64,000 nt of DNA, taken from assembly GCA_965372715.1 (NCBI GenBank), contig CBDVDH010000008.1:1-64000 (forward strand). The letters run 5' to 3'. Shown here piece after piece: positions 31,665 through 42,290 of the stretch. Source of the DNA: an uncultured bacterium. GTDB taxonomy: Bacteria; B130-G9. The notes under the pieces were generated by a model that made no database searches, was not told where the DNA came from, and saw only the letters and a program-made list of their open reading frames with translations. The position numbers and the translations under genes were made by a program. Positions within the stretch are counted from its first letter, which is position 1. Each line of letters starts with the position of its first letter.

Positions 31665-34600
31665 GGGCCTTCGGGGCATCCCTCGATCTTGGCGAGGAGC
31701 GTCTTGACCCTAGCCAGATAGCCTCCCATCCCCTTTGACTCGGCCAGCTGATTGGCCTGTTGGGCGAACTCTGAGGCGTTGCGAAGCGCTTCTTCGCGAG
31801 GCAGCGGGGGTTTGCGCCCTGGCCCGTGCTGGGCATACCAGCGTGCCATTTGAAGGTGCGCCTCGGCCATTGCGTGGCGAGCGATGAACATGTATTCCTG
31901 GTTCTGGGCCTCTTCCGATATATGTAGGGCCTCATTTCCGAACTTGAGGGCCCGGCTGAAGCTTCCCGTCCCCGCGTATGCCCGGCAGAGTATGGCCAGC
32001 GATTGGACCAGGTGCATCCTCTCGCCAATGGACCTTGCGATCTTCTCCGCTTCGCTAGCAGCCTGCATTGCCTCCTTAAAGGCGCCTTTGTCAGCGTGGA
32101 TACAGCCTACGTTCGACAGAAGCAGCACGACGCTAGAACGGTCGCCCAACTCGCGCATTATCTCGAGTGATTTCATGTAATGCTGAAGCGCCTCGTCACA
32201 ATCGCCGCGTAAATGGTGCACCATACCGATGTTGTTGAGCGATATGGCGATGCCGTAGCGGTTGCCAAGTTCTCGCATCGTCACGACAGCTTCCTGATAA
32301 CACTTCAGCGCCTCTTGAGGGCTACCATGATCGGTATAGAGAAGGCCCATCGTGTTTAGGGATATGGCAGTGGCGGCGCGATCGCCCAACTGTCGGGATA
32401 TTGACAGCGATTCCCGAATGTGCTCAAGTCCCAGCTCGTAACGGCCGTGTCCCCGGTAAACGCAGGCGATATTGTTGAGAGCGGCCGCGATGCCCTGCCG
32501 GTCGCCAAGCTCCCGCCTTATCGAAAGCGACTCCTCAAAGGAGCGCAGGGCCTCTTTGGAATCGCCGTGGTCAGCGTGCACAATGCCTAGCACGTTCAGC
32601 GCGTCCGCCTGAGCTTCGAGATCAGACTGCCGCGACGCCTCGTCGAAGGCCTCTGCGCCGAGCGCGAGCGAGCGCGTCGAGTCACCCATCAGCTGCCTCA
32701 ACCGCGCCTCCTTGCATAAGGCGACCGCCTTGTGACTGCCGTGGCGCATTTCGCCCAGGGTATGGCACAGCTGGATCGCATCCTCGAATGAACCAAGTAC
32801 GGTCAACAGCTTGATGCGTGCAAGCAAAACGTCCGCTGCCTCCTCCGGGGATAAGGCAGCAAGAACGAGTTTGTCTGAGAGGCGGTCGTACCTCTTGAAA
32901 GCAATGCTGGCCTCATAGTTTCGCTGCTGTTCCCGATTACACACCGCCCACAAGGCCGCGTGGCGAGCCGCTTTACGAGTGTTTCCCGCCGCTTCCCAAT
33001 GCTCGGAGAGAGTCCCGTGGAACTCATCGATACGGTCCGCGTAAAGCTTCTCTACCCTCGTGGCGATCAGCTTCGACAGCTCGCGCCTTAAGCCCTCCAC
33101 GAGTCGCGAGACGAGCATCTCGCGGGTCATGACGTGTTTGAAGACGTATTCAAGCTCTGGCTCCGCCCTCTTCTGCAGAATAATCTCCCGCTGCATGAGA
33201 GCGTCAAGCGCATCCCTGACTTCATCGACATCATGCAGCGACCCGTGGATATCGCAAAGCAGACTGTAGGGGAATGAGTGGCCGATTACGGCAGCATAGT
33301 ACGCAACTCGCTTGTCCCGTTGCTCCAACCTGTCGATCCGCTGGCCGAGAACTGCCGAAACACCTGCCGGCACCGGCATCTTCTGAACATCCTCGGTGAG
33401 GCGCAGCTTGCCATTTACCGCCTCAAACTTGCCATCCTCAAGGAGTAGAAGGAGAAACTCCTCAACGAAGAGGGGGTTGCCGTCCGAATACTCCCTCAGC
33501 CTGCGAATCAGAGCCTCCTCTGAAGCGCCTGATTGGATGTAGTGGTCCAACAGCTGCCGTTCAGCGTCCTTGGAAAGCGGGGAAATCCCTAGCTCTGAGA
33601 AAGGAACATCAGCCCTCTTGGCCAATTCGGGCTTGAATTGCGGTCGGGAGACAATGAGCACCATTACGGGGAAATCAGACACAAATGCTGCAAGGTAATC
33701 CAGGAAATCAACCGTACCACCGTCAGCCCAGTGCATATTCTCGAAGACGAGAACTAACGGCTTCTCGAAAGCCCAGCGGGCGTACAAGCGCCTGATGGCT
33801 ATCCATAGGTTGTCCTTGACGGTCTTTGGGGCCAACGTCGGTATCGGACTATCCGGATACGGGACCCCGAAGAGGTGGTACAGATAAGGCTCGAGCTCCC
33901 GGCTGCCGTTCTCGTCATCACTGAGACCGGAAAGCGATTTGCCGATCGTCTCGCCCGGCGAATCCATCTCGAAGCCGAGCGCGGACGCGACCTGCATCCT
34001 TATCGGCCAATACAGAGGAGTTTGGCCGACGCTCCAGCCGCTGCCGGAGAGCCACCTGAATCCACCCTCGACAAGCTCGGCCGACAGCCGCTTCCTAAGC
34101 TCCCGCCTCAGGCGTGATTTGCCCATTCCGGCCTCGCCTGTGATGCTGAATATCCGCGAGGAGTCCCGGTACTTGCCCTCCCCGGTTCGGCAGGGCTGTG
34201 GGTCTGGGAAGCACATTTTGAGCTTTTTGAAGCTCTCGACCAGCTCAAGAATCTCCCGGTCGCGACCATACATTGGGCTTTCGAATTGGGAGAATCGAGG
34301 ACGCTCGTCGGGCGTCTTTCGCGGCCCCAGAAGCCGAAAGACCTCCATTGGTTGCTTGAGCCCCGGAAACTGCTGGGTCCGGAGGGACTCAAACTCGAAC
34401 CTCTCACTTGCGCGGTCTTCGATCCTCTTGGATGCGAACACGCTTCCCGGAGGCGCAGCGTCTGTCAGACGCTTCGCTACGTTCACGGTCTCGCCCAGAA
34501 CAGCGAACTCCAGCTTCTCCGAATCGCCGAGCCGGCCTGCCTGAACCTGCCCAAACGCTATCCCGGCGTGTATCGCAAGTGATTCAGGAAGAATGTCCTT

Positions 34601-35113
34601 GAATCGGTGGTTCACAGCCGCAAGCCCGATGACGATCTCGTCCGCGGCAGCGATTGCCTGATCGCAAGGGCGTTCCAGCGCTATCGGCGCCCCAAAGATC
34701 GCCATGACCTCGTCTCCAATGAACTTGTCAACCCAGCCGCCGCACTTCGAGATAGCCTCGTCCATGACAGAATAGACCTCCCGCATCACCTCCCGAAGCT
34801 GGTCGGGCGAAAGGGCGTAGGTCATGGCCGTGAAGCCTGAGACATCTACGAAGAGCACCACGGCTTGCCGCCGCTCGACGCGAAGACCCTCTTCCACCTT
34901 CTTACGGAGCCTTACGACGTATTCCTCCGGCTCCGCCCTAGCACGGATCTCGGTGATCTCCTTGTCGGAAAAAAGCGGACGCCTCGACGGGCCTTGCTTC
35001 TCGCCGCACTTGTAGCAAAAATTCGCGTCCTCAGGCAGCTCTGTCCCGCAGCTGTAACACTTCATCTCATTCCCAGTGCCCGTCTCGCTTTCGATCCCCA
35101 GTTGAATACTCAC
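31661..35113 (-). CDS. Class III adenylate/guanylate cyclase with zinc ribbon, STAND ATPase and TPR repeats (start may be 35065)
   Basis: CYSCG..NFCYKCG; VLFVDVSGFT, DKFIGDEVMAIFG, GETVNVAKRL; Walker A GEAGMGKS, Walker B LVLVFENMHWAD, GNPLFVEE; ELGDR..IA..LNNIG TPRs. Confidence 0.93.
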   Translation of the reverse strand: MSIQLGIESETGTGNEMKCYSCGTELPEDANFCYKCGEKQGPSRRPLFSDKEITEIRARAEPEEYVVRLRKKVEEGLRVERRQAVVLFVDVSGFTAMTYALSPDQLREVMREVYSVMDEAISKCGGWVDKFIGDEVMAIFGAPIALERPCDQAIAAADEIVIGLAAVNHRFKDILPESLAIHAGIAFGQVQAGRLGDSEKLEFAVLGETVNVAKRLTDAAPPGSVFASKRIEDRASERFEFESLRTQQFPGLKQPMEVFRLLGPRKTPDERPRFSQFESPMYGRDREILELVESFKKLKMCFPDPQPCRTGEGKYRDSSRIFSITGEAGMGKSRLRRELRKRLSAELVEGGFRWLSGSGWSVGQTPLYWPIRMQVASALGFEMDSPGETIGKSLSGLSDDENGSRELEPYLYHLFGVPYPDSPIPTLAPKTVKDNLWIAIRRLYARWAFEKPLVLVFENMHWADGGTVDFLDYLAAFVSDFPVMVLIVSRPQFKPELAKRADVPFSELGISPLSKDAERQLLDHYIQSGASEEALIRRLREYSDGNPLFVEEFLLLLLEDGKFEAVNGKLRLTEDVQKMPVPAGVSAVLGQRIDRLEQRDKRVAYYAAVIGHSFPYSLLCDIHGSLHDVDEVRDALDALMQREIILQKRAEPELEYVFKHVMTREMLVSRLVEGLRRELSKLIATRVEKLYADRIDEFHGTLSEHWEAAGNTRKAARHAALWAVCNREQQRNYEASIAFKRYDRLSDKLVLAALSPEEAADVLLARIKLLTVLGSFEDAIQLCHTLGEMRHGSHKAVALCKEARLRQLMGDSTRSLALGAEAFDEASRQSDLEAQADALNVLGIVHADHGDSKEALRSFEESLSIRRELGDRQGIAAALNNIACVYRGHGRYELGLEHIRESLSISRQLGDRAATAISLNTMGLLYTDHGSPQEALKCYQEAVVTMRELGNRYGIAISLNNIGMVHHLRGDCDEALQHYMKSLEIMRELGDRSSVVLLLSNVGCIHADKGAFKEAMQAASEAEKIARSIGERMHLVQSLAILCRAYAGTGSFSRALKFGNEALHISEEAQNQEYMFIARHAMAEAHLQMARWYAQHGPGRKPPLPREEALRNASEFAQQANQLAESKGMGGYLARVKTLLAKIEGCPEGP

Positions 35114-35313
35114 ATGGACTTATGGAATATTACATCCATTTGACCACCGATCAAGAGGTGCGAGACAAGAAGAGCCTCCGCAGACGTAAGCTAGCCGCAT
35201 CCCACGGTTCGGGGAGGGTCTGCGTCCATCGTGCGCTCGCTACATGAGGCAGACAATCACGTCCGACAACATCTGCACTCATAAGTGGAAACCGGGAAGG
35301 CTACTAATAGGCG

Positions 35314-35387
35314 TGCGCCCGAGAGGATTCGAACCTCCGGCACGTGGATTAGGAATCCACTGCTCTATCCTGCTGAGCTACGGGCGC
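35314..35387 (-). tRNA. tRNA-Arg(CCT), CCA not encoded
   Basis: GCGCCCGTAGCTCAGCAGGATAGAGCAGTGGATTCCTAATCCACGTGCCGGAGGTTCGAATCCTCTCGGGCGCA folds as a cloverleaf. Confidence 0.96.
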
Positions 35388-35474
35388 AATCTGCTGAGGG
35401 GCAGAGAAATGCTATAACAGTGCGTGGCGTCAATACAAGACGCGAGAGGCGCTATTAGAGAGCTCCACTGTCGT

Positions 35475-36383
35475 CTAGATGTTCTCTCTCTCGTTATCAC
35501 CCCCGTTCGACTCATCGAGGTCAGATTCGGGCTCTGGCTCGCCGTCCCGAGGCTGCTCCCCCGACTCGACCGATACTTCAGCCTTGGCCAATTGAACCTC
35601 GGAAGAGGCAAACTCCATTGTCACGCCCGTGATTAGCTGAACGTCAACCGTCCCCTTAAGCGGGTTCAACGTCCTGATCTTGCCGAGTCCAGCTGGGGTC
35701 TCGACGGCGGCGCCCTCCTTCGGCAGGTTACTCCTCAGCTCCTCGTAAGTCGCCTGCTCGTAAACCAAACAGCACAGCAGCCGCCCGCAGATGCCAGAGA
35801 TCTTCGATGGATTGAGCGTAAGATTCTGGTCCCTCGCCATCTTCTTTGATACGGGCTGAAAACTACGAAGGAAGGATTTACAGCATAGCTCCCGACCGCA
35901 GTACCCGAGTCCCCCGAGGATCTTCGCCTCGTCCCGAACGCCAACCTGCTTGAGCTCAATCCTCGTTCGAAACTGGTGCGCGAGGTCCCTGACCAGCTCG
36001 CGGAAATCGACCCTTGTTTCGGCCGTGAAATAGAAAAGCGACTGGGACCTGTCGAATGCATATTCCACCCGCACAAGCTTCATCGGCAGCTCTCTCTCCT
36101 TGATCAGGCGCTGACAAACATCGAATGCCTCGCGCTCCATCTTACCGTTCTCGCGAATCGCGTCCAAATCCTCATCTGTGGCCCGCCGTATCACTTCCCA
36201 GCCGTCAGGAGAAAGACGCTCAGAATCGGTCATCCTGAGCCCAGAAACAACGCTCCCAAACCTCTCCCCTTTCTTCGAGCGAACAACGCAGTAATCGCCG
36301 CAGTCAGGCGACAGATACTGGCAGATGCACTCCTCAAAACAGCCGGTCTGACGTAGCCTGACCCCAACCACCTTCACCTGCAA
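35475..36383 (-). CDS. ricT: PSP1-domain protein RicT/YaaT
   Basis: LPMKLVRVEY.FD, FYFTAETRVDFRELVRDLA, RIELKQVGVRDEAK..GG.G.CGRELCC, KISGICGRLLCCL.YE. Confidence 0.92.
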   Translation of the reverse strand: MQVKVVGVRLRQTGCFEECICQYLSPDCGDYCVVRSKKGERFGSVVSGLRMTDSERLSPDGWEVIRRATDEDLDAIRENGKMEREAFDVCQRLIKERELPMKLVRVEYAFDRSQSLFYFTAETRVDFRELVRDLAHQFRTRIELKQVGVRDEAKILGGLGYCGRELCCKSFLRSFQPVSKKMARDQNLTLNPSKISGICGRLLCCLVYEQATYEELRSNLPKEGAAVETPAGLGKIRTLNPLKGTVDVQLITGVTMEFASSEVQLAKAEVSVESGEQPRDGEPEPESDLDESNGGDNERENI

Positions 36384-36680
36384 ATCTACTTGGCCCTCCG
36401 GTCAACCGAACAGATCTCTATCACTCAATACATAAACAAACTAGCATACGCTGGGCGGCCAAAAGATCAACGAAACCTCGACGCAGAGGTTCCCATAATG
36501 ATCTGTCTTGACCGTCCCGCCTTTGACGCATCGCCCTCTTTTGCGTTTTTCGCTTTTTTGCGTTCTTTCTCTCAGATATGGAAACTCGTTGACAGGGTTT
36601 GGGCGCGGCATACAATACGCTTGATTGAATTCGGCCTTTGACGTGGGGTTGCCTTTTCACTGATCGAACAGGAATAGGAT

Positions 36681-37475
36681 TTGGACGAGCGGACAGGTTT
36701 TGAGGTTGAGGGCGTTCAAATCGGCGGCAAGGAGCCGGTCATTATCGCTGGGCCCTGCACAGTTGAGAGCGAGGAGCAGACGATGGCTGTCGCGAGAGCG
36801 GTGAAGGCGGCCGGCGTCAAGATACTCCGCGGGGGAGCGTTCAAACCTCGGACTTCGCCGTATAGTTTCCAGGGGCTCGGCGAGGAGGGGCTCAAGATCC
36901 TGAAGGCAGCGAAGGAGGAGACAGGTCTTCTGGTCCAGACCGAGGTCATGGACACGAGCCAGATCGATCTCGTCTGCGAGTATGCCGACATCCTTCAGGT
37001 GGGGACGCGCAACATGATGAACTACTCGCTATTGAAGGCCCTGGGCAACGTGGGGTTTCCGGTTATGTTGAAGCGCGGCTTCATGGCGACGGTCGAGGAG
37101 CTCTTGATGGCCGCCGAGTATATCACTAAAGGCGGCAACGAACGCCTGTTCCTGTGCGAGCGTGGCATAAGGAGTTTCGACGATTCGACTAGGTTCACGC
37201 TTGACCTGGCCGCGGTCCCTCTGATCAAGAAGATGAGTTCGCTGCCGATAATCATCGATCCAAGCCACGCGACAGGACGGGCAGACCTCATCATCCCGAT
37301 GTCGCTGGCGGGCCTTGCGGCTGGGGCAGATGGCGTCATGGTTGAGGTCCATCCCTTGCCCAAGAAAGCGATGTGCGACGGCCTGCAATCGCTCTCATTC
37401 GACATGTTCGAGGAGTTCATGGGGAAGGTGCGCTCCATGATCGCGTTCCTCGCTTCGCAGAATCAGGAGCAGTGA
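36681..37475 (+). CDS. aroF: 3-deoxy-7-phosphoheptulonate (DAHP) synthase, type I-beta
   Basis: [54 protein letters not shown]. Confidence 0.93.
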   Translation: MDERTGFEVEGVQIGGKEPVIIAGPCTVESEEQTMAVARAVKAAGVKILRGGAFKPRTSPYSFQGLGEEGLKILKAAKEETGLLVQTEVMDTSQIDLVCEYADILQVGTRNMMNYSLLKALGNVGFPVMLKRGFMATVEELLMAAEYITKGGNERLFLCERGIRSFDDSTRFTLDLAAVPLIKKMSSLPIIIDPSHATGRADLIIPMSLAGLAAGADGVMVEVHPLPKKAMCDGLQSLSFDMFEEFMGKVRSMIAFLASQNQEQ

Positions 37476-37500
37476 TCTGTGAGAGGGAATGAGCGTCAAA

Positions 37501-37524
37501 GGCGGGCTGGAGAGCCTGCCCCAT
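37501..37524. repeat. REP-like hairpin
   Basis: GGCGGGCTGGAGAGCCTGCCCCAT, nearly the same as GGCAGGCTGGAAAGCCTGCCCCAC at 57308. Confidence 0.65.
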
Positions 37525-37564
37525 ACCTCATTTGAGGCTATAGGTCATAGGGGACCACCTGAAC

Positions 37565-38284
37565 ATGCGTCTTAAGGTTCTGGCGATGATTCCCACATTC
37601 AACGAGCGCGAGAACATTACTCCGCTTATCAAGGAGATTCTCGCGATTGCGGATGAATGCGGCGTTCTTGTTGTCGATGACGATTCCCCCGACGGGACGG
37701 CTGAGGCGGTCGAGCGGCTTGCGGAGCGTGAGCCTGAAAGGGTCTTTCTGCTGCTCAGGCGAGAAAATCGAGGAAGGGGTTACGCTGGTATCGCGGGGTT
37801 CATTGAGGCGACGAGGCGGGACCCGGAGTTTATTGCCGAGATGGACGCCGACTTCTCGCACCGGCCGTGCTACATCCCGCAGCTTCTTGAGGCGATGGGG
37901 GATGCGGATATCGTGATTGGGTCCCGCGGCGTGAGGGGCGGGGACCAGGTTGGCAGGAGTTTTAGGCGGAAGGTCATCACGAGGCTTGCGAACGGCTATA
38001 TCATGTCCGTGCTCGGCATCTACGGGCACGATCTGACGTCGGGGTTTAGGCTGTTCAGGACGTCGGCATTGAAGGGGCTGCCACTTGATACGATGATATC
38101 GAAGGGTCCAGAGGTAGTGCAGGAGGTCCTCTGTCTCGCCCAACGTCACGGGCTCAAGATTGTGGAACACCCGATCGTTTTCTACAATCGGTCGGTCGGC
38201 AAGTCAACGTTTAATTGGAGGATAGCGCTTCGTAGTCTTATGATGATGTGGCGTTTCAGGTTTAGGTATTTGCGTGGTTCATGA
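37565..38284 (+). CDS. Polyprenol-phosphate glycosyltransferase (DPM1/Ppm1-like, GT2)
   Basis: IPTFNERENI, VVDDDSPDGT, EMDADFSH, IGSR, DLTSGFR. Confidence 0.9.
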   Translation: MRLKVLAMIPTFNERENITPLIKEILAIADECGVLVVDDDSPDGTAEAVERLAEREPERVFLLLRRENRGRGYAGIAGFIEATRRDPEFIAEMDADFSHRPCYIPQLLEAMGDADIVIGSRGVRGGDQVGRSFRRKVITRLANGYIMSVLGIYGHDLTSGFRLFRTSALKGLPLDTMISKGPEVVQEVLCLAQRHGLKIVEHPIVFYNRSVGKSTFNWRIALRSLMMMWRFRFRYLRGS

Positions 38285-38514
38285 CTTAACTGTCCCGAGT
38301 ATTCTACAGCCTTGGATACTGATTGAGCTTTGCGTCGGGCGCGGGATCAAAGGAAAATGCTTGAACTAAGAACACATCTTGGGGTATTAGTGTTAGGCGT
38401 TGCCAGTTGATGTGGCAAGAGTTATGACATGGTGGTTAGGTCTCGTTTGGTTTCTCTGATGAGCGGTCTAGTTAGATGCGCCGATGTCGTGTTTTGTCAA
38501 TCTTGGTGAATTAA

Positions 38515-40143
38515 ATGACGGAAGAAGCTCCCAAGAAACTCATACTCCCGATCAAAGAGGAAGGAGGTAGGTTATTTCTGACGATAACACCGGACATAAA
38601 GAGCCGGTATAAGCTCGGCGAGATCAGGTCAAATATGCTTGAACTCGGCGTTGGAAACATGCGGCTTGACCGCATCAGAGCCGTTATAGACAAGGCGTCC
38701 GGCCAGCCAGAGGATATCGGTCCGGTTTTCACCTATTTCGACAAAGAAAAGGAGAAATACATCAAGGTCGTGATTGCCGATGACGAGCAGTGGGCTTTGA
38801 TAGATGTGGGGAACTGGAGCGTCGCGCAGATAACGGCTGACGACCTTCGCTTTTGCTTGTATAAGGCCGGTGTCGTTGAGGGGATAAAAGAGGACAACCT
38901 AGTAGAGGCGGTGGCGAAAAAGGAGGCAAACAGAGAGTTCCCTGTGGCTGAAGCTGTTTCTCCCGTTGATGGCGAGGATGCGCAGATCGAGCACATAGTA
39001 ACCGTTTCGCACAAGCCAAAGCCCAAGATATTGGATGACGGGTCGGTTGACCTTAAATCCTACGACCTTCTGGTTGCCGTCGACAAGGATCAGGTGCTGA
39101 CAAGGAAGGTCCCCGCGAAACCAGGCATCCCGGGCGCGACGGTCCGCGGCCATCCGATACCGGCGAGGCAGGGGAATGACGTGCGCCTTTCGGCGAGCAA
39201 AGGTACCTACGTCTCTGAGGACGGGTTAGAGTTCAGGGCCTCCGCCGACGGTAACGTGCTGAAGGATAGCAAGGGCTGCCTGTATGTTGAGCAGGTATAT
39301 AATGTCCGCGGGGACCTGGACTACTCGACCGGAAACATCGATTGTGCAGGTGACGTAAAGATCGGTGGTGATGTTCTGTCTGGTTTTTCTGTGGTTGCGA
39401 CCGGTGATATAGTCATCCAGGGCGTGATAGAGGGCGCCAGAGTTGTCTCGAAGAAGGGTAGTGTGATGGTCAAGGGCGGTATTCACGGTAAGCAGCGTCA
39501 GGCGTATATTGAGGCGAAAGAGACGGTGGCCGCCAAGTTCGTTCAGGAGGCGATTGTTTTCGCTAGCGATACAGTCATGGTTTCCGGGCACGTCCTCGAT
39601 AGCACCATTAAGGCGGGAAAGAAAGTGGACGTGTCATCGCAACGAGGAAGCGTTCTCAACAGCCTTGTACAGGCTGGGGAAGAGGTAATTGTCCGGAATC
39701 TGGGAGGTTCACGCTCCAGGGGGACAGAGGCTCGTATCTCCGGCACCGAGAAGGATCCAGACGAGATCAGAGGAAGAATCGCTGAGCTGGAGCAGTTCAT
39801 CGCCGCGTCGGCGGAAAAGCTGGATAAGCTTAAGGAAGTCGTTGACTCGCTCAAGAAGACAGCCGGGCCTGCCGTTCAAATGGGCTTAAGGGTTAAGAGC
39901 TACGTTGAGATGATCAAGGAGGAGAACGAGAAGCTCCGGAATGCGATGGACGAAGAGTCTGCTCTGAGGAACCTGCTGGCCAAGCTGCTTCGGGGCCGGA
40001 TAACTGTCATCGATACGCTGTATCCCGGGTCTAAGGTCTCCATCGCTGGCCTGGTCGAAACGGTGAAGGACCCGCTCAAGGCCCTGGTTTATTGCGTTGA
40101 AAGAGGTCAGTTAACCAGCAAGCCGTACAAGGCCACCCGATGA
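38515..40143 (+). CDS. FapA family (DUF342) protein
   Basis: PVDGEDAQI, DGSVDL, PGIPGATVRG.PIPA..G, VRGDLDYSTGNID..GDV.I.GDV.SGF.V.A.GDI, C-terminal coiled coil and LYPG. Confidence 0.85.
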   Translation: MTEEAPKKLILPIKEEGGRLFLTITPDIKSRYKLGEIRSNMLELGVGNMRLDRIRAVIDKASGQPEDIGPVFTYFDKEKEKYIKVVIADDEQWALIDVGNWSVAQITADDLRFCLYKAGVVEGIKEDNLVEAVAKKEANREFPVAEAVSPVDGEDAQIEHIVTVSHKPKPKILDDGSVDLKSYDLLVAVDKDQVLTRKVPAKPGIPGATVRGHPIPARQGNDVRLSASKGTYVSEDGLEFRASADGNVLKDSKGCLYVEQVYNVRGDLDYSTGNIDCAGDVKIGGDVLSGFSVVATGDIVIQGVIEGARVVSKKGSVMVKGGIHGKQRQAYIEAKETVAAKFVQEAIVFASDTVMVSGHVLDSTIKAGKKVDVSSQRGSVLNSLVQAGEEVIVRNLGGSRSRGTEARISGTEKDPDEIRGRIAELEQFIAASAEKLDKLKEVVDSLKKTAGPAVQMGLRVKSYVEMIKEENEKLRNAMDEESALRNLLAKLLRGRITVIDTLYPGSKVSIAGLVETVKDPLKALVYCVERGQLTSKPYKATR

Positions 40144-40180
40144 CCGTCGTAGCCAATGCCTGAGAGTCGTAAGTCGGCTG

Positions 40181-42148
40181 TCAGATTTCCAGATAATCGA
40201 ACCTGCCGGGTTCACTCGGCTCGAAATCCGAGATAGCAAATAGCCAGGCGCAGGCGCCATCAAATGCGCCGATGAACTCGCCGGAGGCATCGACCGAGAG
40301 CGAACGGTGCGTTCCCTTGAGGTTTGCCTTCCACAGCAGGCCGCCGCCCAGGGCCACGCAGATCAACGCCCTTCGCTGCCGGAGAACCTCGATGAACTCC
40401 CTCTTCTGGTTTCTGGCGACGATTGACGGTTTGCTCGTCAGCTTCTTGCTCCACGCGATCTTGCCGTCAATGCCTATCAAGAACGCTGATTGTGCCGTCG
40501 TTGTGCAGAGAAGGCCATCCTCGAACGGCCGCAGCTTGCCGATTGGCTCATTCACGCTGACCGACCACAGTCGCTCGCCGATGAGGTCGAAGGCCGAGAC
40601 GACGCCACGTGTATCGCCAACATAAAGCGCCTGGTCATCTATCGCAAGCCGACTGCCACCCGGGCCGAAATCCACGGTGAAAACGCCTCGTCCCTTGAAG
40701 TCAACAAGGACGGCGCGTCGCGCCTCGGCAACCACCATGTCCTCGCCAGATGGCGAGATAAGGAAATAGCGAGCGTCCGGGGAATCCATCCAGGTTCTGA
40801 TCAGTCTGCCATCGCTATCGAACACGCAGATGTTCCCGCCGATGTCCATCGTGGCGAAACGGTTTCCGATCGCGTTTATCGCCAGCATTGCTGTGCCGGT
40901 TCGTCTGTGCCATAGGATTCTGTCGTGGGCAAAGGCGTATATGTGGCCTTCCGTCGTCGCGGCAAAACAATACGATCGCGAGGCCAGGCCAAGAGAGAAG
41001 ACGGTGGAACCGAGAGACGCTATCTCGCGCGGCTTCCCCTTCTCATCGTATGAGAGGATACGGCCTTCAGAGGTCGCGCAGATCATGTGCTTTCCTCCGG
41101 GCAGGACCCTGACTTGCGCGCTGTAACGGCCGCTTGCCAGGCTGAATAACTTGACGCAATAGATAGGTCTTTTCTCACCGGGCTCGGCCTTGCACTCTGA
41201 ACGCTCGAGGAAGCTGAAACGCGAGCCTTCGCCGGTGGCAAGCTCGTAACAGTGCACGGACCCAACGTCGTCCACAATCGCCATCAAATGGTCGTCGGCG
41301 TCAATCGCCCAGCACTTGGGTCGGCTCGGCAGCTCGTATCTGCTGTGCGTGCTGCCATCGCGCCTCAACAGAAAGAGCTCCCCGTCAACCGTTCCGACTG
41401 CTACCACCCTACACCCATCGACACAGGCCGCGAACTCGACAGGACGCCTCAATCGGAATGCGTGTGCGTCCTGTCCTTCGTGGTCGAACAGATATGCGCC
41501 CATCCCAAACGCCGGCAATGTAATCCATTGACGACAGGGACTGAACCTCCCCGCGCCGCACATCGTGGCGAGTCGCCTCATCCAGAGCACTTCAAGTTGA
41601 TCGGTGATCACCGCAAGGAATGCGTTGAAATTGCCGGTGAGGATGAGCTTCTCGTCAGTCGAGACCTCTATGAACTCGATCGGCGCCGGGAGCTGGACAG
41701 AGCTGACATACTCTCCCTCGCGGTCGAGCACCACCAGGCTGCGCTCTGGCCCGCCTGTGATGACGACCCCGTCCGAGACTCGCATGTCGAGCGCGGCGAT
41801 GAGATGGGGATGTTCCTTCACCCACAGGGTCTCCCCTGCCGAGTCAAGTAGCATAAGATTGCGATTCAGGAGTGCAACCAGTAACCTTCCGCCATCCCGG
41901 GACAGCCGGAAAGCGCTGATCTTCTCGTCGAACTCCTTGCTAGAAAGGAGCTTGCCATCCGGCGAGATACAGCACAGTGTGCGATCGCCATCGCTGACAA
42001 CCACCTGGCCCGTGACCGCAACGCAGGCGTCCGTGAACGCCAGCGCAGAGGAGAAAACCCACATCTCCTGAAGGGTAATAGATGCTCCGGCGTCGGGGAC
42101 GCGGGCTTCCGAGGCAAGGCCCTCCTCTTTCCGCCTCGCCTTCCTCAA
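40181..42148 (-). CDS. Tandem beta-propeller (PQQ/WD40-like) protein
   Basis: Many blades of the type ..D..G..LW; two halves each ending near (S/G)RF(S/D)(F/Y)LE; no signal peptide seen. Confidence 0.75.
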   Translation of the reverse strand: MRKARRKEEGLASEARVPDAGASITLQEMWVFSSALAFTDACVAVTGQVVVSDGDRTLCCISPDGKLLSSKEFDEKISAFRLSRDGGRLLVALLNRNLMLLDSAGETLWVKEHPHLIAALDMRVSDGVVITGGPERSLVVLDREGEYVSSVQLPAPIEFIEVSTDEKLILTGNFNAFLAVITDQLEVLWMRRLATMCGAGRFSPCRQWITLPAFGMGAYLFDHEGQDAHAFRLRRPVEFAACVDGCRVVAVGTVDGELFLLRRDGSTHSRYELPSRPKCWAIDADDHLMAIVDDVGSVHCYELATGEGSRFSFLERSECKAEPGEKRPIYCVKLFSLASGRYSAQVRVLPGGKHMICATSEGRILSYDEKGKPREIASLGSTVFSLGLASRSYCFAATTEGHIYAFAHDRILWHRRTGTAMLAINAIGNRFATMDIGGNICVFDSDGRLIRTWMDSPDARYFLISPSGEDMVVAEARRAVLVDFKGRGVFTVDFGPGGSRLAIDDQALYVGDTRGVVSAFDLIGERLWSVSVNEPIGKLRPFEDGLLCTTTAQSAFLIGIDGKIAWSKKLTSKPSIVARNQKREFIEVLRQRRALICVALGGGLLWKANLKGTHRSLSVDASGEFIGAFDGACAWLFAISDFEPSEPGRFDYLEI

Positions 42149-42290
42149 CGGACTCTCCTAAAGCTCAGGAACCGAATGAGTTGCACGACCGGCGAACAGA
42201 TCGCACAAATGAATGGCCGCTTGCATCATTTAGGGCTCGCTCTCTGCCTGACTCCCCAGGTCGTGTTCGCGCCGTCTGCGTCAAAGCTGG

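Noticed and set aside
38515-40143. Flagellar gene cluster implied by FapA
   Set aside because: No other flagellar or chemotaxis genes are in the window.
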